A stretch of 63,159 nucleotides of DNA, filler included, from Stramenopiles sp. TOSAG23-2 (Eukaryota), in NCBI GenBank assembly GCA_900128395.1. It is 13 parts of 13 records of this genome, joined end to end, with 100 filler letters (N's around TTAATTAATTAA, not from the genome) between each part and the next. Parts side by side here need not be neighbours in the genome. Positions count along the whole stretch, not along the records: positions 1 to 4,798 come from LT650811.1; positions 4,899 to 9,689 come from LT650812.1; positions 9,790 to 14,575 come from LT650813.1; positions 14,676 to 19,458 come from LT650814.1; 9 more parts are not named here. One strand, written 5' to 3'. Position numbers and translations under genes: made by a program. Below, in pieces: positions 1 through 14,735 of the stretch. The notes beneath the pieces were generated by a model. The model searched no databases, had not been told where the DNA came from, and was given only the letters and a program-made list of their open reading frames with translations. Numbering within the stretch: the stretch's first letter is position 1; the number at the start of each line of letters is the position of its first letter.

Positions 1-106
1 AAATCCTGGCAATTCCAGCAATCTGGCAATCCGCAATCCAGCAATCTGGCAATCTGCACATCTGGCAATCTAAATCCTCCAGCAATCCAGCAATCCAGGC
101 AAAATC
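1..106. repeat. Degenerate short tandem repeat (GCAATCTG/GCAATCCA units)
   Basis: About 10 imperfect copies of gcaatc(t/c)(g/a) at the contig start, upstream of the 309 ORF. Confidence 0.7.
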
Positions 107-308
107 ATCATTCATAGAGTATATATATAGTCAAGTGCCTCGACGCTTTGCTACACATAGAGAGGATTATAGGAGGATCCTCTCTACATATAAAATAATA
201 GTTGCAAAAATAGAATAAAGAAAATTAAAATAAAAACATAGAACAAGCAAAAGAAGTCACGAAAGTAAACACACACACGCGTATATATATATACACAACA
301 GCAATACC

Positions 309-1808
309 ATGAGGAGAAGGCGTAATAATCATCAAAATGCAAATGTAAATGATGCACGGAATACTATTTTTATTCTTCTAGAAGAGACGGAACAATGGAA
401 TAAATATGGGGATCCGGAAATATTAAAGAATAGTAATAGTAAAAAAAATGAACCATATTCATTTAAACGTTTATTAAATGAATTATTGGATTGGATCAAA
501 CTTGATGCGCAACGATGGACTTGGGTATTTTTACCGTTTTTCTGTTTTACGATGTATACAATGCGACAAGAAGTCTACTCGTGTCCAGTTATTGGCAATA
601 TTGAACGTATTGATCAAAATTATATGGATAAATTAATACCATCAAATGCTATTGTAGAAATACGAGCGGAGAAAAATATCTTTTCCGCTGATGGTGGTTT
701 ATGGATGACAAAGAAAGGGTATGAAGATGATGTCACTTCTGGATATTTTTTATTTAGTGAAAAACAAGAAAATATTGTTTTACGAATGGATAGTTTAGCT
801 CATACTATATATTTTCGCGCAAGTGGATGTAGAGAACCAACTGATGCAAAATGTACATCAAGGAAAGAACCTGGTTCGAATGGACTTGCAATCGATCCAT
901 TTAATAAACGTCTTTTATTGTGTGAGCATGGGGAAAGGCGAATATCGCGTATGGAAAAATTTGGTTCGAAAACAGTCATAGCCAGCCATTACAATGGAAA
1001 ACGTTTTAACTCACCAAATGATATCGTAATAAGTCCAAATTTTGATATTGTGTTTACCGATCCAATTGATGGATTACAATTTAATAATAATAATAATAAT
1101 AATGATGAAAAAAATGAAATCGGTTTTCAAGGTATTTATAGAGTACCAAAAAAAGTATTCAAAAACTTAAAAGCAACAAATGATTCAATTGCAAGGAGTA
1201 CTGAAGGTAAACATATGAAAAATAATGAGGAAACCGTTTTACTTTTATCAAATAATATATCAATGCCGCATGGCATAGCATTTTCTACTGATTATAAAAG
1301 ATTATATGTATCAAACCATGATGAAGAAGATGCAAAATGGTATCAATTTGATGTTGTTTGGGATGTTGATGATGATGATGGTGATGATGAGTCAATTACC
1401 TCTAAAAAACGAAAGAAGAAGAAAAAGAAAAAAAAGAAACGTAAAGGCGGTGTTAGCGAATATGAATATACACAAGCAGAAGTTGAAGTTTCAAATGGAT
1501 TCACGTTAAGTAACATGAAAGTATTTTACGATGCTGAAAAAATTCGTGAACTATGTTTAACTCAATTTAGTGAACAAAACAATTGTAATGGTCAACCTGA
1601 TGGTATGGCAATTGATAAGCAGGGTAACTTATTTTTAACTGGCCCTGGTGGTGTACATATATTTAAGCCTGATGGTACACGTGTCGGTAGTATATGGACA
1701 GGAATTGAAATGACAAATGTTGCTTTTGGATATGAGTTATTATTTTTAATTTCTAAAAATAAAATTTTAAGAACAATGTCATATTCAAGTCCAATTGTTG
1801 CTACTTAA
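309..1808 (+). CDS. SMP-30/gluconolactonase (SGL) family beta-propeller with N-terminal hydrophobic anchor
   Basis: Motifs GSNGLAID, CEHGERRISR, YNGKRFNSPNDIV, PHGIAFS..LYVSN, PDGMAIDKQGNLFLTGPGGVHIFKPDG; hydrophobic WTWVFLPFFCF segment; poly-D/poly-K insert. Confidence 0.88.
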   Translation: MRRRRNNHQNANVNDARNTIFILLEETEQWNKYGDPEILKNSNSKKNEPYSFKRLLNELLDWIKLDAQRWTWVFLPFFCFTMYTMRQEVYSCPVIGNIERIDQNYMDKLIPSNAIVEIRAEKNIFSADGGLWMTKKGYEDDVTSGYFLFSEKQENIVLRMDSLAHTIYFRASGCREPTDAKCTSRKEPGSNGLAIDPFNKRLLLCEHGERRISRMEKFGSKTVIASHYNGKRFNSPNDIVISPNFDIVFTDPIDGLQFNNNNNNNDEKNEIGFQGIYRVPKKVFKNLKATNDSIARSTEGKHMKNNEETVLLLSNNISMPHGIAFSTDYKRLYVSNHDEEDAKWYQFDVVWDVDDDDGDDESITSKKRKKKKKKKKKRKGGVSEYEYTQAEVEVSNGFTLSNMKVFYDAEKIRELCLTQFSEQNNCNGQPDGMAIDKQGNLFLTGPGGVHIFKPDGTRVGSIWTGIEMTNVAFGYELLFLISKNKILRTMSYSSPIVAT

Positions 1809-2483
1809 GGCGTGACGTAAGAATTCGTAAAAAGTGTGTACTTCGTACGACTCGTACGTAATAGAGGGAGATCAGACATGTGGAAATTTTTGGACAATAT
1901 ATAAAAAATATATTTGAACCGTTCTTACAAACGTTCGTACGCTTCGTAATTTTTACGTCTCTCGTACGATATAATATTTTTTACTTTAATGCGTAAACTT
2001 AAATATATATTATTTTTAAAAATAAAGAGAACTAAATATCAATATTAATTATTTTTTACTTCGTATTAATTTGATGAAAATAAAAAAATATATAAAAAAT
2101 AGAAGTGTGTACACAGAAAAGTTTCTCACATTTTATTACGACAACACTCCTCTTCTCGTATATTTCTCCCTCTTCTCCCTCTCTCTCCCTCTCACACACA
2201 CATATTCTTTTTCTAGTTTTTATTTTTGTTTTCGTATACTCGTAAAATATTTATGCTTTCAAACGGTAAAACATCTCTCACTACACATATATATGCATAC
2301 GGCAAATTGTCAACCGTACGAGATGTTACATTTTCTTACATATCGTATCTTGCCACATAAATGATATGATACATGATGTGATATATAAAAATAATATCAT
2401 TTTAATATTTATATATATGCATAGCACCATATATATATATATATGTCATGTTAACGCTTTATTTTAATGGAACAATCCAAAAA

Positions 2484-4796
<2,313 letters not shown>

Positions 4797-4798
4797 AA

Positions 4799-4898
4799 NN
4801 NNNNNNNNNNNNNNNNNNNNNNNNNNNNNNNNNNNNNNNNNNTTAATTAATTAANNNNNNNNNNNNNNNNNNNNNNNNNNNNNNNNNNNNNNNNNNNN
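4799..4898. other. Artificial contig linker N44-TTAATTAATTAA-N44. Also at 9690-9789, 14576-14675, 19459-19558, 24335-24434, 29211-29310, 34086-34185, 38947-39046, 43797-43896, 48642-48741, 53486-53585, 58324-58423
   Basis: The same 100-nt spacer with stops in all six frames occurs 12 times; the intervening segments fall steadily from 4798 to 4736 nt. Confidence 0.99.
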
Positions 4899-4899
4899 C

Positions 4900-7359
4900 G
4901 ATCCGAAACGACAACAAAATAACGATAGTATTATCAATAATGTTTTAGCAGCGAAAATTTGTAGTGTTGAAGAAGTTCGTACACCAAGTCCATCAGCAAA
5001 TCGTACTAATAGTGTAAATAATAAAATTGTCAAACCATTACGTAAAGAAGTGGAAATATTATCAGGTTTAAACCATCCGAATATTATTAAATGCATTGGA
5101 TATGAACGTACATTTTCACATTTTACCATTTTTTTTGAATTAATGGAAGGTGGTTCTTTGCGTCAATATATTAATAAAGTTGGTGGATTAAATGAAATGA
5201 TTTCAAAAAAATATATGCGTCAAATTGTAATTGCTGTATCGTATTTACATGATGATTGCGATATTGTACATCGTGATATTAAAGCTGCAAATGTATTATT
5301 AGATAAACGTTTTGAACAAATTAAATTGTGTGATTTTGGTGGAGCAAAACGGTTGAGACACGATTTATCAGCACGTTCCGATCGTAGTATTACTGGTTCC
5401 CCATTATGGATGGCACCAGAAGTAATTAAACAAGAAATCAATGCAGATGAGGAACGACAAGATGTTGAAGAAAATGTAGAGAGTTGGAAACGAGCAGATA
5501 TATGGAGTGTTGGATGCACGATGGTGGAAATTTGTACAGGAAAAGCGCCGTGGGGAAACATGACAAGTTTACCAGCAGCAATGATACACATTGCATCAAC
5601 TACGAAACCACCACCATTAAATGCAAATGCATCTATGCTTGCAAAAGAATTTGTTCAATCATGTTGTCATTTAGATTCATCCGAACGTTTAAATGCAAAG
5701 GAATTGATGAAACATTCATATTTAGAAGAAGATGGTTATAAATATAAGAAATACAAAAAAAATGATGATGATAACAGTAACAAAGAATTTAATGTAAATA
5801 GTACAAATGATAATACTAAAATGCTCAAAAGTTCAACAGGAGTAATCCAACGTGCTACTTCATTACCTGTATCATTGGAAAAATTCGTAGCAGGAGATGG
5901 TGGTGTGAATGATATTGATAATAATAATTATTATTATAATAAAATCGAGGAGGAGGAGGAGGAGGACGATGGTGGTGAATTTTCAGATTCAGATAATGAA
6001 TGGGGTGATATTGCAACACCAAGACGATTAGTCGATTCAAATGTAAATACAAAAAATCTAGTACATGTCCCACCACTTGATCTTAAACGAGCATTATCAG
6101 CTAAATCTGGGAAAAAAGTAAAAGCACGAGCACCAAAAGCTGCTAATCGTACATTAGCACAATCAGCATTTTTAAAAAAATTAGGTCGAACTAATAACAA
6201 AAGTAGTAATACTGGTAACAGCCCATGGAAAAAAGGACTGAAGAAAAAAACAAGTAGCAATAATAAAAACAACAATAATGGCATCATACTTAGAAATAGA
6301 AGCCATAGTAGCGGCACTGTGCTTAATAATACTCAAATGGATATATTACAAAAAGAATATAATAATAATAGTATTAATAATCATAAGCGAAGTAATAGTA
6401 TTAGCGGTTTGCAAAATATTAACAATGATATTACGAACGATAAAACTAATATGGTGGTAGTAAATGTAAATAATAAAGATCAGCATATGGAATCATTAAA
6501 AGTTAAAATTACACGTAACAGTAATAAGAAAAATTCATCTACTGTTACTACTTCTCCAAGTAAAAAAAATGCATGGGGAACATCAGAACAAAGAAATAAC
6601 AACAACAATAATAATGCGACAAAGGTAATGTTGCCATCCAAACATACTAGTCACAAGAAAAGAAAGAAAAGAAAAAGTTCGAAAAGTTATTTAAACACAT
6701 CATCTGTTATTCGAGATGCGAGACAAGATTTAAAAATATCTAATTTTTCATCAGCATCTGAAATGGAATATAATTCTGGATCAGATGGCTTCAGTTCCGA
6801 TACATCTACTGGAAGTCGAAGCAGCCGAGGTACTCCACGTAATAGTTTAGTCCAAATAAAAAATGCTTCATTAGGAATTCCAGTATTAAGTTTAAATAAA
6901 ACACCAAGATGGTATCATCAATCGCGTCCAATGAGTCCATCGTCTACTACTTTTTTGTCCAATTCAGCATCTTCCGATGATGATTTAAATAGTTCTACAT
7001 CATCATTAGGTTCTGATGTATTATCATTAGCATCGTTTCGTCGCTCCTCAACAGAGTTAGAACCATTGTCACATCGTTCTGATATTGAAAATATGGATTA
7101 TTTAGCTTCCTCAACTGAAGAAGATGAATTTGCTGTTTCATTATCCTCGTTTCGACGTGGTACACCAGAGTTACAACCATTATCCCACCGATCATCTGAT
7201 AATAATGGTAGAAATTTATCTGATCTTGATGTTGAGCATATGTTTATTGGCGAAACAGCAATACCAACAAGTATTGTATCTAATGAAATAAATGAAACAA
7301 AATTTACTGAAAAAACGTCTAAGAAAAATAGAAAAAAAAGTAAGGACAAACGCCGTCAC

Positions 7360-7390
<31 letters not shown>

Positions 7391-8355
7391 CAAGAAATAC
7401 TGATGATTTTCATGATGATTTAAGGGCATTGAGTGAATGGGAAGAAATGTACATACGTTGGTGGTTACAAGAAGCACGTTATCGAGTCTGGGAGAAGCGA
7501 TATGGCGAAGAGTGGAGAGCATGGGAAGATGCTATAGCTTCTGGGGAAAACAACAATGATGCCGTAGTTGAAGCTGATGAAGGATATGAAAGAGAAGATG
7601 AAGGTTTATTAGATGAATTCGGGACGGAGGAATATTATTATTATAACAATAATAATAATGTAACAACATTTACTGATGGTATTATTGAAAATCGACAATA
7701 TGAATATAGTAATGAATACACGAATGACAATGGAGATGACAATTACTACGGGGATGATAATTATTACTTTAATAATTTCTGGGTATATGCAATAGAAGAT
7801 TATATTGGAGAAAGTGAGGTGGAGTTAAATTTTCAAAAAGGCACTTGGTTATGGGTTTTACAATGCAATGAAGATGGATGGTGGCAAGGAGTAATTGTTG
7901 ATGATTTTGAAAAAGAAATCGATGAAAATCAAAGTGGTTGGTTTTCATCTAATTTTGTATCACCATATGTTGAGGAAGGAGAAGGTGAGAATGTTGCTGT
8001 CGGATATGATGAATATTACAATGAAACAGAAGAAATCGCATATTATCAAGAGAATGATGAATTTTATTATAATGAATATTATGAAGATAACGATGATTAT
8101 AATAAAATTATGCATCAACAACAAGTAATCACAGATCAGCAGCAGCAACAACAAAACGATCGTCATAATATTGTAAATCATGCTCAATTCGACCCATTTA
8201 ATCATACTGATAATAATGACAATGATGATGATGATGTGGAATGGTGGCATGATTCAAAACATGTATTCGATTCAATACGCAATGCAGATACTGATTGGAT
8301 ACGTTGGTTATTAGGAGATGAAGGTGGTATAAATAGTTATCAATCTTACAGTTAA
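4900..8355 (+). CDS. STE/MAP3K-like Ser/Thr kinase with long low-complexity region and C-terminal SH3 domain (5' partial)
   Basis: Frame is open from the contig edge (VLAAK lysine lies upstream of the listed start). HPNII, HRDIKAANVLL, DFG, GSPLWMAPE, DIWSVGCTMVE. SH3 signature YAIEDY..E.ELNF.KG....EDGWWQG...GWFSSNFV at about 7780-7970. Confidence 0.9.
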
Positions 8356-8422
8356 ATAACCCACTTTATACATTTATACATTAATAATATATATAATAAC
8401 CAGGTATATTTTCAAAAAAACA

Positions 8423-9689
8423 ATGTACAACAGCAAAAACAACAAGAACAACGACAAAAATGTATCACCGATAACTCGTAGAAGGAGAATTATAAATCCA
8501 CCACAACATGACTATGAAGAAAAAACAAAGGAAACAATGTATTTATTAGATCAACTATGTAAACAATCATCAAGTGCGTATTTAGATTTGGGAAAAGCTA
8601 ATAATGATTTAACAACACACTTTAAAAGTAACACTTTACGTAGTCCATTAAAAACATCCAGTCAAATTGCACAGCAACGACGACATAGTGTATCGACAAA
8701 TAATTTAACACAAAGAAGAAGAAGAAAAGAGAAAAATAATCATCAAACATCTACCAGTATCAATAGTAATAATGATAACAATAACACAGAGACAATATCA
8801 TTTATGGATAAAAATCATAATGGTATATCTGTCAAACGTATTGTATCTGGAAGGCAACATATGTATGTATCGAATTTAATGGGATTTGAAGTATTTACAA
8901 CGAAAGAGAGTAAAGACGAGTTAGATAAAGCAGCATATTCACTTATTAATATTGAAGAAGAGCCAGATATCGAAAATGTTAGCAAAATGTGGGAAATTAT
9001 TCAGAAATTTTTCAATTCAATACCATTAATACATTTTGATACAGATAATTTAGATGGTCGTGCAAGGTTTGCACGATATGTGCAAACAATGGAAACATTG
9101 AAAGAAATTATTCGTAAAATGGTATTTGAAAATTACAAACCTGGAATTGATGATACAAATAAATTAACACCATACTTTTTAGCATGCCGAATAGCGGAAA
9201 ATGATATTAAAAATTTAGAAAATGAAATTGAGGCATTAGAAAGTAAATTGCAACAATCCGTTGGTACAACAAAAGAAGAAATCATAAGTGCATTTAAAAA
9301 TATAGGCGTGGAAGAACAGGCAGGTTTGAGACAATATTTTGTTAAAGATGGTACATTTGCATATCCAAAAACACCACCAATAAATACAACAAGACATTAT
9401 GGTGAAAATCGTCCATTCGATAAAGAGTTTAATAATATGGTTGTTGAGGAAGATAGAACAAAAGCTGAAATGGCAAGGCGACCAAATAACATAGTTGTAA
9501 AAGAGGATGTATCAAAAGATAGTGTAAAAGCAGCTGCGCGATGGATGGGTGGATTAAAAGTGTTAAAAGCAAAAGATGAAATGTTATATTTACAAAATGA
9601 AATGGAAGATCTTCAATTACAATATAAGGAATTACAAACAAAATATGATGAATCACAACGTCAGTTAAAACTTGCAAAACGTGAGGCGG
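8423..9689 (+). CDS. Hypothetical coiled-coil protein (3' partial)
   Basis: Long ORF with ATG in an A-rich context and heptad-rich segments; runs into the linker. Confidence 0.7.
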
Positions 9690-9789
9690 NNNNNNNNNNN
9701 NNNNNNNNNNNNNNNNNNNNNNNNNNNNNNNNNTTAATTAATTAANNNNNNNNNNNNNNNNNNNNNNNNNNNNNNNNNNNNNNNNNNNN

Positions 9790-12607
9790 TAATAATCAAT
9801 ATAATATAATGTGACATGTGTGAATCACCTAATCCTTCAAAGATATTAATTTCATCATTGATTTTTCTACAATTAAATTTATTAAATACATTTAACCATA
9901 CAAATGTATTAAATATTCCTGTATAATGCATCCTTCCGCCACTTTCAACTGCACCAAGTACAGTGTGTCCTGTAGAAGATAGAGTCAAATATAGCAATAA
10001 TATTGATTGAAAAACAGCGTGCCCAATCATATGTTTCCACATGGTTTTTGTGATCATTGGCGCATCCCTGTTATCAGGAGGGCGTTCTAATAAAGAGTCA
10101 GTTGGTGGCTCCGTGGCCAATGCTAATGCTGCAAAACTATCCATAATTAAATTTACCCATAATAATTGAACAGATGTTAAGGGAAACTTTGTCGTAGATC
10201 CTTGATTGCAACAAGCAACTACAAATGTCAGAGTTAGTGCCGTTAAATTTATACTCAATTGAAATGTTAAAAATTTACGTATATTTTCTCGTATGGACCT
10301 TCCCCAACGTACACTTGCAACAATACTATTGAAATTATCATCCATGATCACAATATTTGCAGCTTCTTTTGCAATTTCAGTTCCGGCAATTCCCATTGCT
10401 AGACCAACATCAGCAGCTGATAGAGCAGGCGCGTCATTTGTACCATCTCCCGTAACCCCTACTACTTCATTGCAAACATTTTGCAATGTATTTACTAAAA
10501 GTGCTTTATCGGTTGGGGATGATCTTGCCAATACACATAAGTTTTGACACGCTTGGCGTAGCTCATCGTCTTTTAATTTACGAAATGCAGGGCCTTCCAT
10601 CACTTGGCCAAATAATACCCTAGATTTAGTTGGAGATTTATTTTTCCGTTTCGATGGACTTTCTGGTACTTTTTGCATTACTGGGTTGGGCATCCAATTT
10701 GCCGGCAAAATTCCACATTTCCTAGCAATACTAATTGCTGTTCCTTTATGATCACCAGTTACCATCACAACCCGTATACCAGCTCGTTGACACCTTGCTA
10801 CTGCACCTGGTACTTGTTCTCGCAATGGGTCTTCAATACCAAAAATAGCAATTAATGTCATACCATTCTCTGGTGCAGAGTCGAAAAATTTTGGCCATTT
10901 TCCATTCTGCTCACTTTCTTTACCTTGTTTAACCTCCACATCCGTCAATGTTCTTGTAGTAAGTGCTATGGTACGCAAACCTCTGGATGCCATATCAGAT
11001 ATTACACGATCAACTTGAGCACGTATTTGTCGTGGCATTGGTTTTATCTTTCCATCCCAGTCTTGAAAATGAGTACATCTATCGATAACAATTTCTGGTG
11101 CACCTTTGCTGTACAATTCATATGTATTATTCTCCGTTCTGATTGTACTCATATATTTATCTTGCTTCCTAAATGGTCTGCGTGCTAATGTTGTAGTTGA
11201 ATCACGTATTTGCCTGTAATCTAGACCAACACGTTCACTTAAACTCCACAATATTGCTGCTTCTGTCGGATTACCACGAAATTGTGGCTTACCATTATGA
11301 TCTTTTGTATCGAAATTTAAACCAGCACTACTGTTCACCGCAACGCAATTACCAAGTATTAGTTGCTGTTTACTACTTAATTCCTCTTTCAACCCAGTTA
11401 AAGATGTAAAATGTTTACCGAAAAACCAACCTTCAGTGGCAGTCATTCTATTTTCAGTCAGCGTGCCAGTCTTATCCGTGCATAAACATGTGGCACTACC
11501 CATTGTCTCACATGCTGATAATGTTCTAACATAATTGTTATCATCCATCATTTTTCGTACACTATATGCTAATGATATGGTCACAGATAATGGGAGCCCT
11601 TCTGGCACAGCGACAACAACGATACTAACACCAACAATGAAAAATGTAACCAAATCAGTCCATTGCCTTGGATGTCCAGGATCAACATCGTCCATATTGT
11701 TGCCATCTGGATCTAATGGTCCATCCCAAACAAACCATAAGCCTGTTAATACAATAAATGTCATAGCTCCAACAACCATCCCTAAATAGCCAATTTTTTC
11801 AGCAACGTCATCTAATCGTTCTTGCATAGGTGTTTGTTTTAATCTGGCTTCATTTTTTTGTTCCATCAATTCCACAAAGGTTGATCCCGTAGGTGTAGCT
11901 TCACCAACGGCAGTCACAACCATAAAGCCCTCCCCTTCATTTACAGACGATCCAAAATACATAATTGGATCTTCAGGACCTTTACTAATAGGTTCTGGTT
12001 CTCCAGTCAAGCTACTTTGATCGCATGTTACTCCATACGATTTACTACATATTAAAACACCATCTGCTGGTAATAAATCACCTTCTGTAACACGAACAAT
12101 ATCACCAGGCACCAAGTCATAAACAGATACTTTTTGACTTTTTCCATTGTCACGAAGTGTATCAATTTTCCTATCTGCCGCAACTTTTTGTAAACTTTTA
12201 AACCCAAGATCTTGACGATAATTTTGAATCGTCGAAACACCGGAAACAATTATTACCGCAGTCATAATAGCAAAACCTTGTATCATATCATCCCAATCTT
12301 TGGTAATAAATACACCAAATAAAACGGAGCTCACCGCAGCAACGACTAAAATTTTAATATCCCGATCATCTACACTGTCGATAAAATGTTCCCATATTGT
12401 CGCTGTTTTAGCTTCTGGTAAACGATTTACACCGTATTTTTGCTGTCGCCCAAATACACTAGAAGTATTTATTCCGTTGGATATATCTGAGCCTAATTTA
12501 TTGATCAAGGCATTAATTCCACCTAATTTCTTTAAACTTTTAGCATTATTTGCACCTAAAACTGTTAATGTTTTTAACTCTGCTAACGTAGCAGGTGGTT
12601 CCGCCAT
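9790..12607 (-). CDS. P2B (PMCA-type) calcium-transporting P-type ATPase (3' partial)
   Basis: SSLTGE, VVAVPEGLPL, ACETMG, DKTGTLT, KGAPE, VTGDH, RSSPTDK, GDGTNDAPAL, QLLWVNLIMDSFAALALATEPP. Likely start MAEPP at 12607; the upstream ORF extension looks non-coding. Confidence 0.96.
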
Positions 12608-13228
12608 ATTATATACACTTGTATATATATATATATTATTATTGTTACTATTTTTAGGGTAATTATTATTATATTTGTTTGTATCAGTATTCAGTGTAAT
12701 AACGTAATTGTAGTTAAACTGTTTTTGTTTGTATCTATGTTTATGTACAATACATCTTTTTATAAGTTGATCCAAAAGCACCCTAAAAAAATTATTACAG
12801 GTATTATTACCACCTGGATTCGTTAGTGCAAGGCGTGGTAATAATTTTATTGGCATTAATTTTTTAGATTTTAGTAAGATACCTGGTACTGTAATAAAAT
12901 CCCACGACGGGAGAACAAAGAACAAAGTATTATTTTGTATGAATATATGAACAGTGCTATAACAGCACGACAACATTAATATTTTTAATGTACCTCTTAG
13001 TATAGCTCTACCCACAACACTTATTATTACATACCTTACCACACGGAAGAATACTGAATTAGAATGTTGAATGTACATTATAGTAATAATAAATAGAATA
13101 CATATAAATGTTGTTGTTATATAGATTGATATTAAATTGATTTTTAAAATGAAAAAATAAATTTATTACAACATATTTGAACTAATAGAATAAAATACAA
13201 TACAACAGGTATTACCAGAAACAGAAAA

Positions 13229-14077
13229 ATGTTTCTTCGAACTACATGTCGAAGAATAAAAATGCATAAAAATGCCATTCATAGGCAACACTTTGCATCA
13301 TCCAATATACAATTTTTGAATAACAATAATAATAATAATAAAATGAATAACAATAATAATATATTTTCGAATAGTAATAATAATAATGATAGAAATCATC
13401 ATAACTATCAAAGTAATCGTAGCTTTCATAAACCAAAAAAGATGAACAAACGTGCAGTTATTTATTTTGACAAATTAAATGTAAGAGAGGCAAAGGTGAA
13501 AGTTATTAATTTGTTGGATGAGTTATATAATACATCCAATGATTATATGCTATATAATGATGATAACAATAGGTACAATGAAAAAAAAAATGTTAACAAG
13601 AATAATAGAAATAAACAAAATAATAAGAACAAGGCAATAAATAATATAAACAGCAATGTGTTTTTAATCGATAAATACAATTTCTTGAAGAAAGGAATCC
13701 ATTTACAATTTGGTACTAAACATAATAAAAAAATCAAAGATGAAGATCGACATTTGTTATATCTATCGATAATTGAATTATTAGATGAATTGGATGTTAT
13801 ATATAATACTAAATTTGGCGATCGAGATGTAGAATTAAATGAGTTTTTAAACTTGGAAAAAGAATTTTGGGATTCGCTATATAAAATACATGTAAATAAA
13901 AGAGTACCGACGATATTCATACCAAGTCATGGATTATCGCGATATAATGTTAATCGGAGTAATGAAGCCATGGCGTCTATATTGTTGTATAATACAGGCA
14001 TAAGATATTTTGGTTTATTAAGCGTGATTACTACAGTGACTTATATTATTCCTAAAATACAAGGATACATGCTTTAA
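13229..14077 (+). CDS. Hypothetical protein: mitochondrial-type presequence, possible degenerate Smr-like domain, C-terminal TM helix
   Basis: Arg-rich, acid-free N-terminus MFLRTTCRRIK; IYFDKLNVREAKVKVINLLDEL...IHLQFGTKH...LLYLSIIELL pattern; hydrophobic C-terminus. Confidence 0.6.
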   Translation: MFLRTTCRRIKMHKNAIHRQHFASSNIQFLNNNNNNNKMNNNNNIFSNSNNNNDRNHHNYQSNRSFHKPKKMNKRAVIYFDKLNVREAKVKVINLLDELYNTSNDYMLYNDDNNRYNEKKNVNKNNRNKQNNKNKAINNINSNVFLIDKYNFLKKGIHLQFGTKHNKKIKDEDRHLLYLSIIELLDELDVIYNTKFGDRDVELNEFLNLEKEFWDSLYKIHVNKRVPTIFIPSHGLSRYNVNRSNEAMASILLYNTGIRYFGLLSVITTVTYIIPKIQGYML

Positions 14078-14447
14078 AACCTACGATATATCTCAGCATT
14101 ATTTTATTAATTAATGATATATATATATTAATTTATGCATAATTTATTGTTTTAATTTACTCATGATAATTCCTACTCTTCAAAAGAATACAACAACTAA
14201 AATAATCTATCTCACACTAGTGTGTTGATATTCTCATAATCGAAAATACCAATGAAGGTAAATAGATATCATAGTATCAACTATGCATATGATACTCATA
14301 ATAGCTGATGGAAAACATACATCATAGGAAGGCGGAGAATAAATTGTACCAGGGTACAATTCATTATACGACTCACCAAATGCACATTTTAATGATATAT
14401 ATTATATTTTTTTTATATTTAAAAAATATATAATAAAATATACTCGT

Positions 14448-14512
14448 GTACTCGTATTTTAATTTTTTATTTCCTACTTTTATGACAATTCCTATACTCT
14501 CAAAAGAATACA
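14448..14512. repeat. Dispersed ~65-80 bp intergenic element (partial copy 14163-14192; another copy 44464-44543)
   Basis: Exact 17-mer ACAATTCCTATACTCTC at 14485-14501 and 44514-44530, both with upstream GTAC(T/G)CGTATTTT...TTCCTAC and downstream AGAATACA. Confidence 0.65.
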
Positions 14513-14735
14513 ATATATAATGACATATATAAATTAAATTTTTTAATATTTTTTAATTTTTTATATTTTAAAAAANNNNNNNNNNNNNNNNNNNNNNNNN
14601 NNNNNNNNNNNNNNNNNNNTTAATTAATTAANNNNNNNNNNNNNNNNNNNNNNNNNNNNNNNNNNNNNNNNNNNNCGAAAGTTAAATAAATCAGAACTAT
14701 TAGTGTCCAAGTTAGTAAAAGATAAAAATTTAATT

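Noticed and set aside
4843-4854. Regularly spaced TTAATTAATTAA palindromes every ~4.85 kb
   Set aside because: Always embedded in N44 runs; an artificial six-frame-stop linker, not a biological repeat.
12608-13078. 157-aa N-terminal extension of the Ca-ATPase ORF
   Set aside because: AT-rich promoter-like sequence with TATATA runs; homology and a good ATG context begin at 12607.
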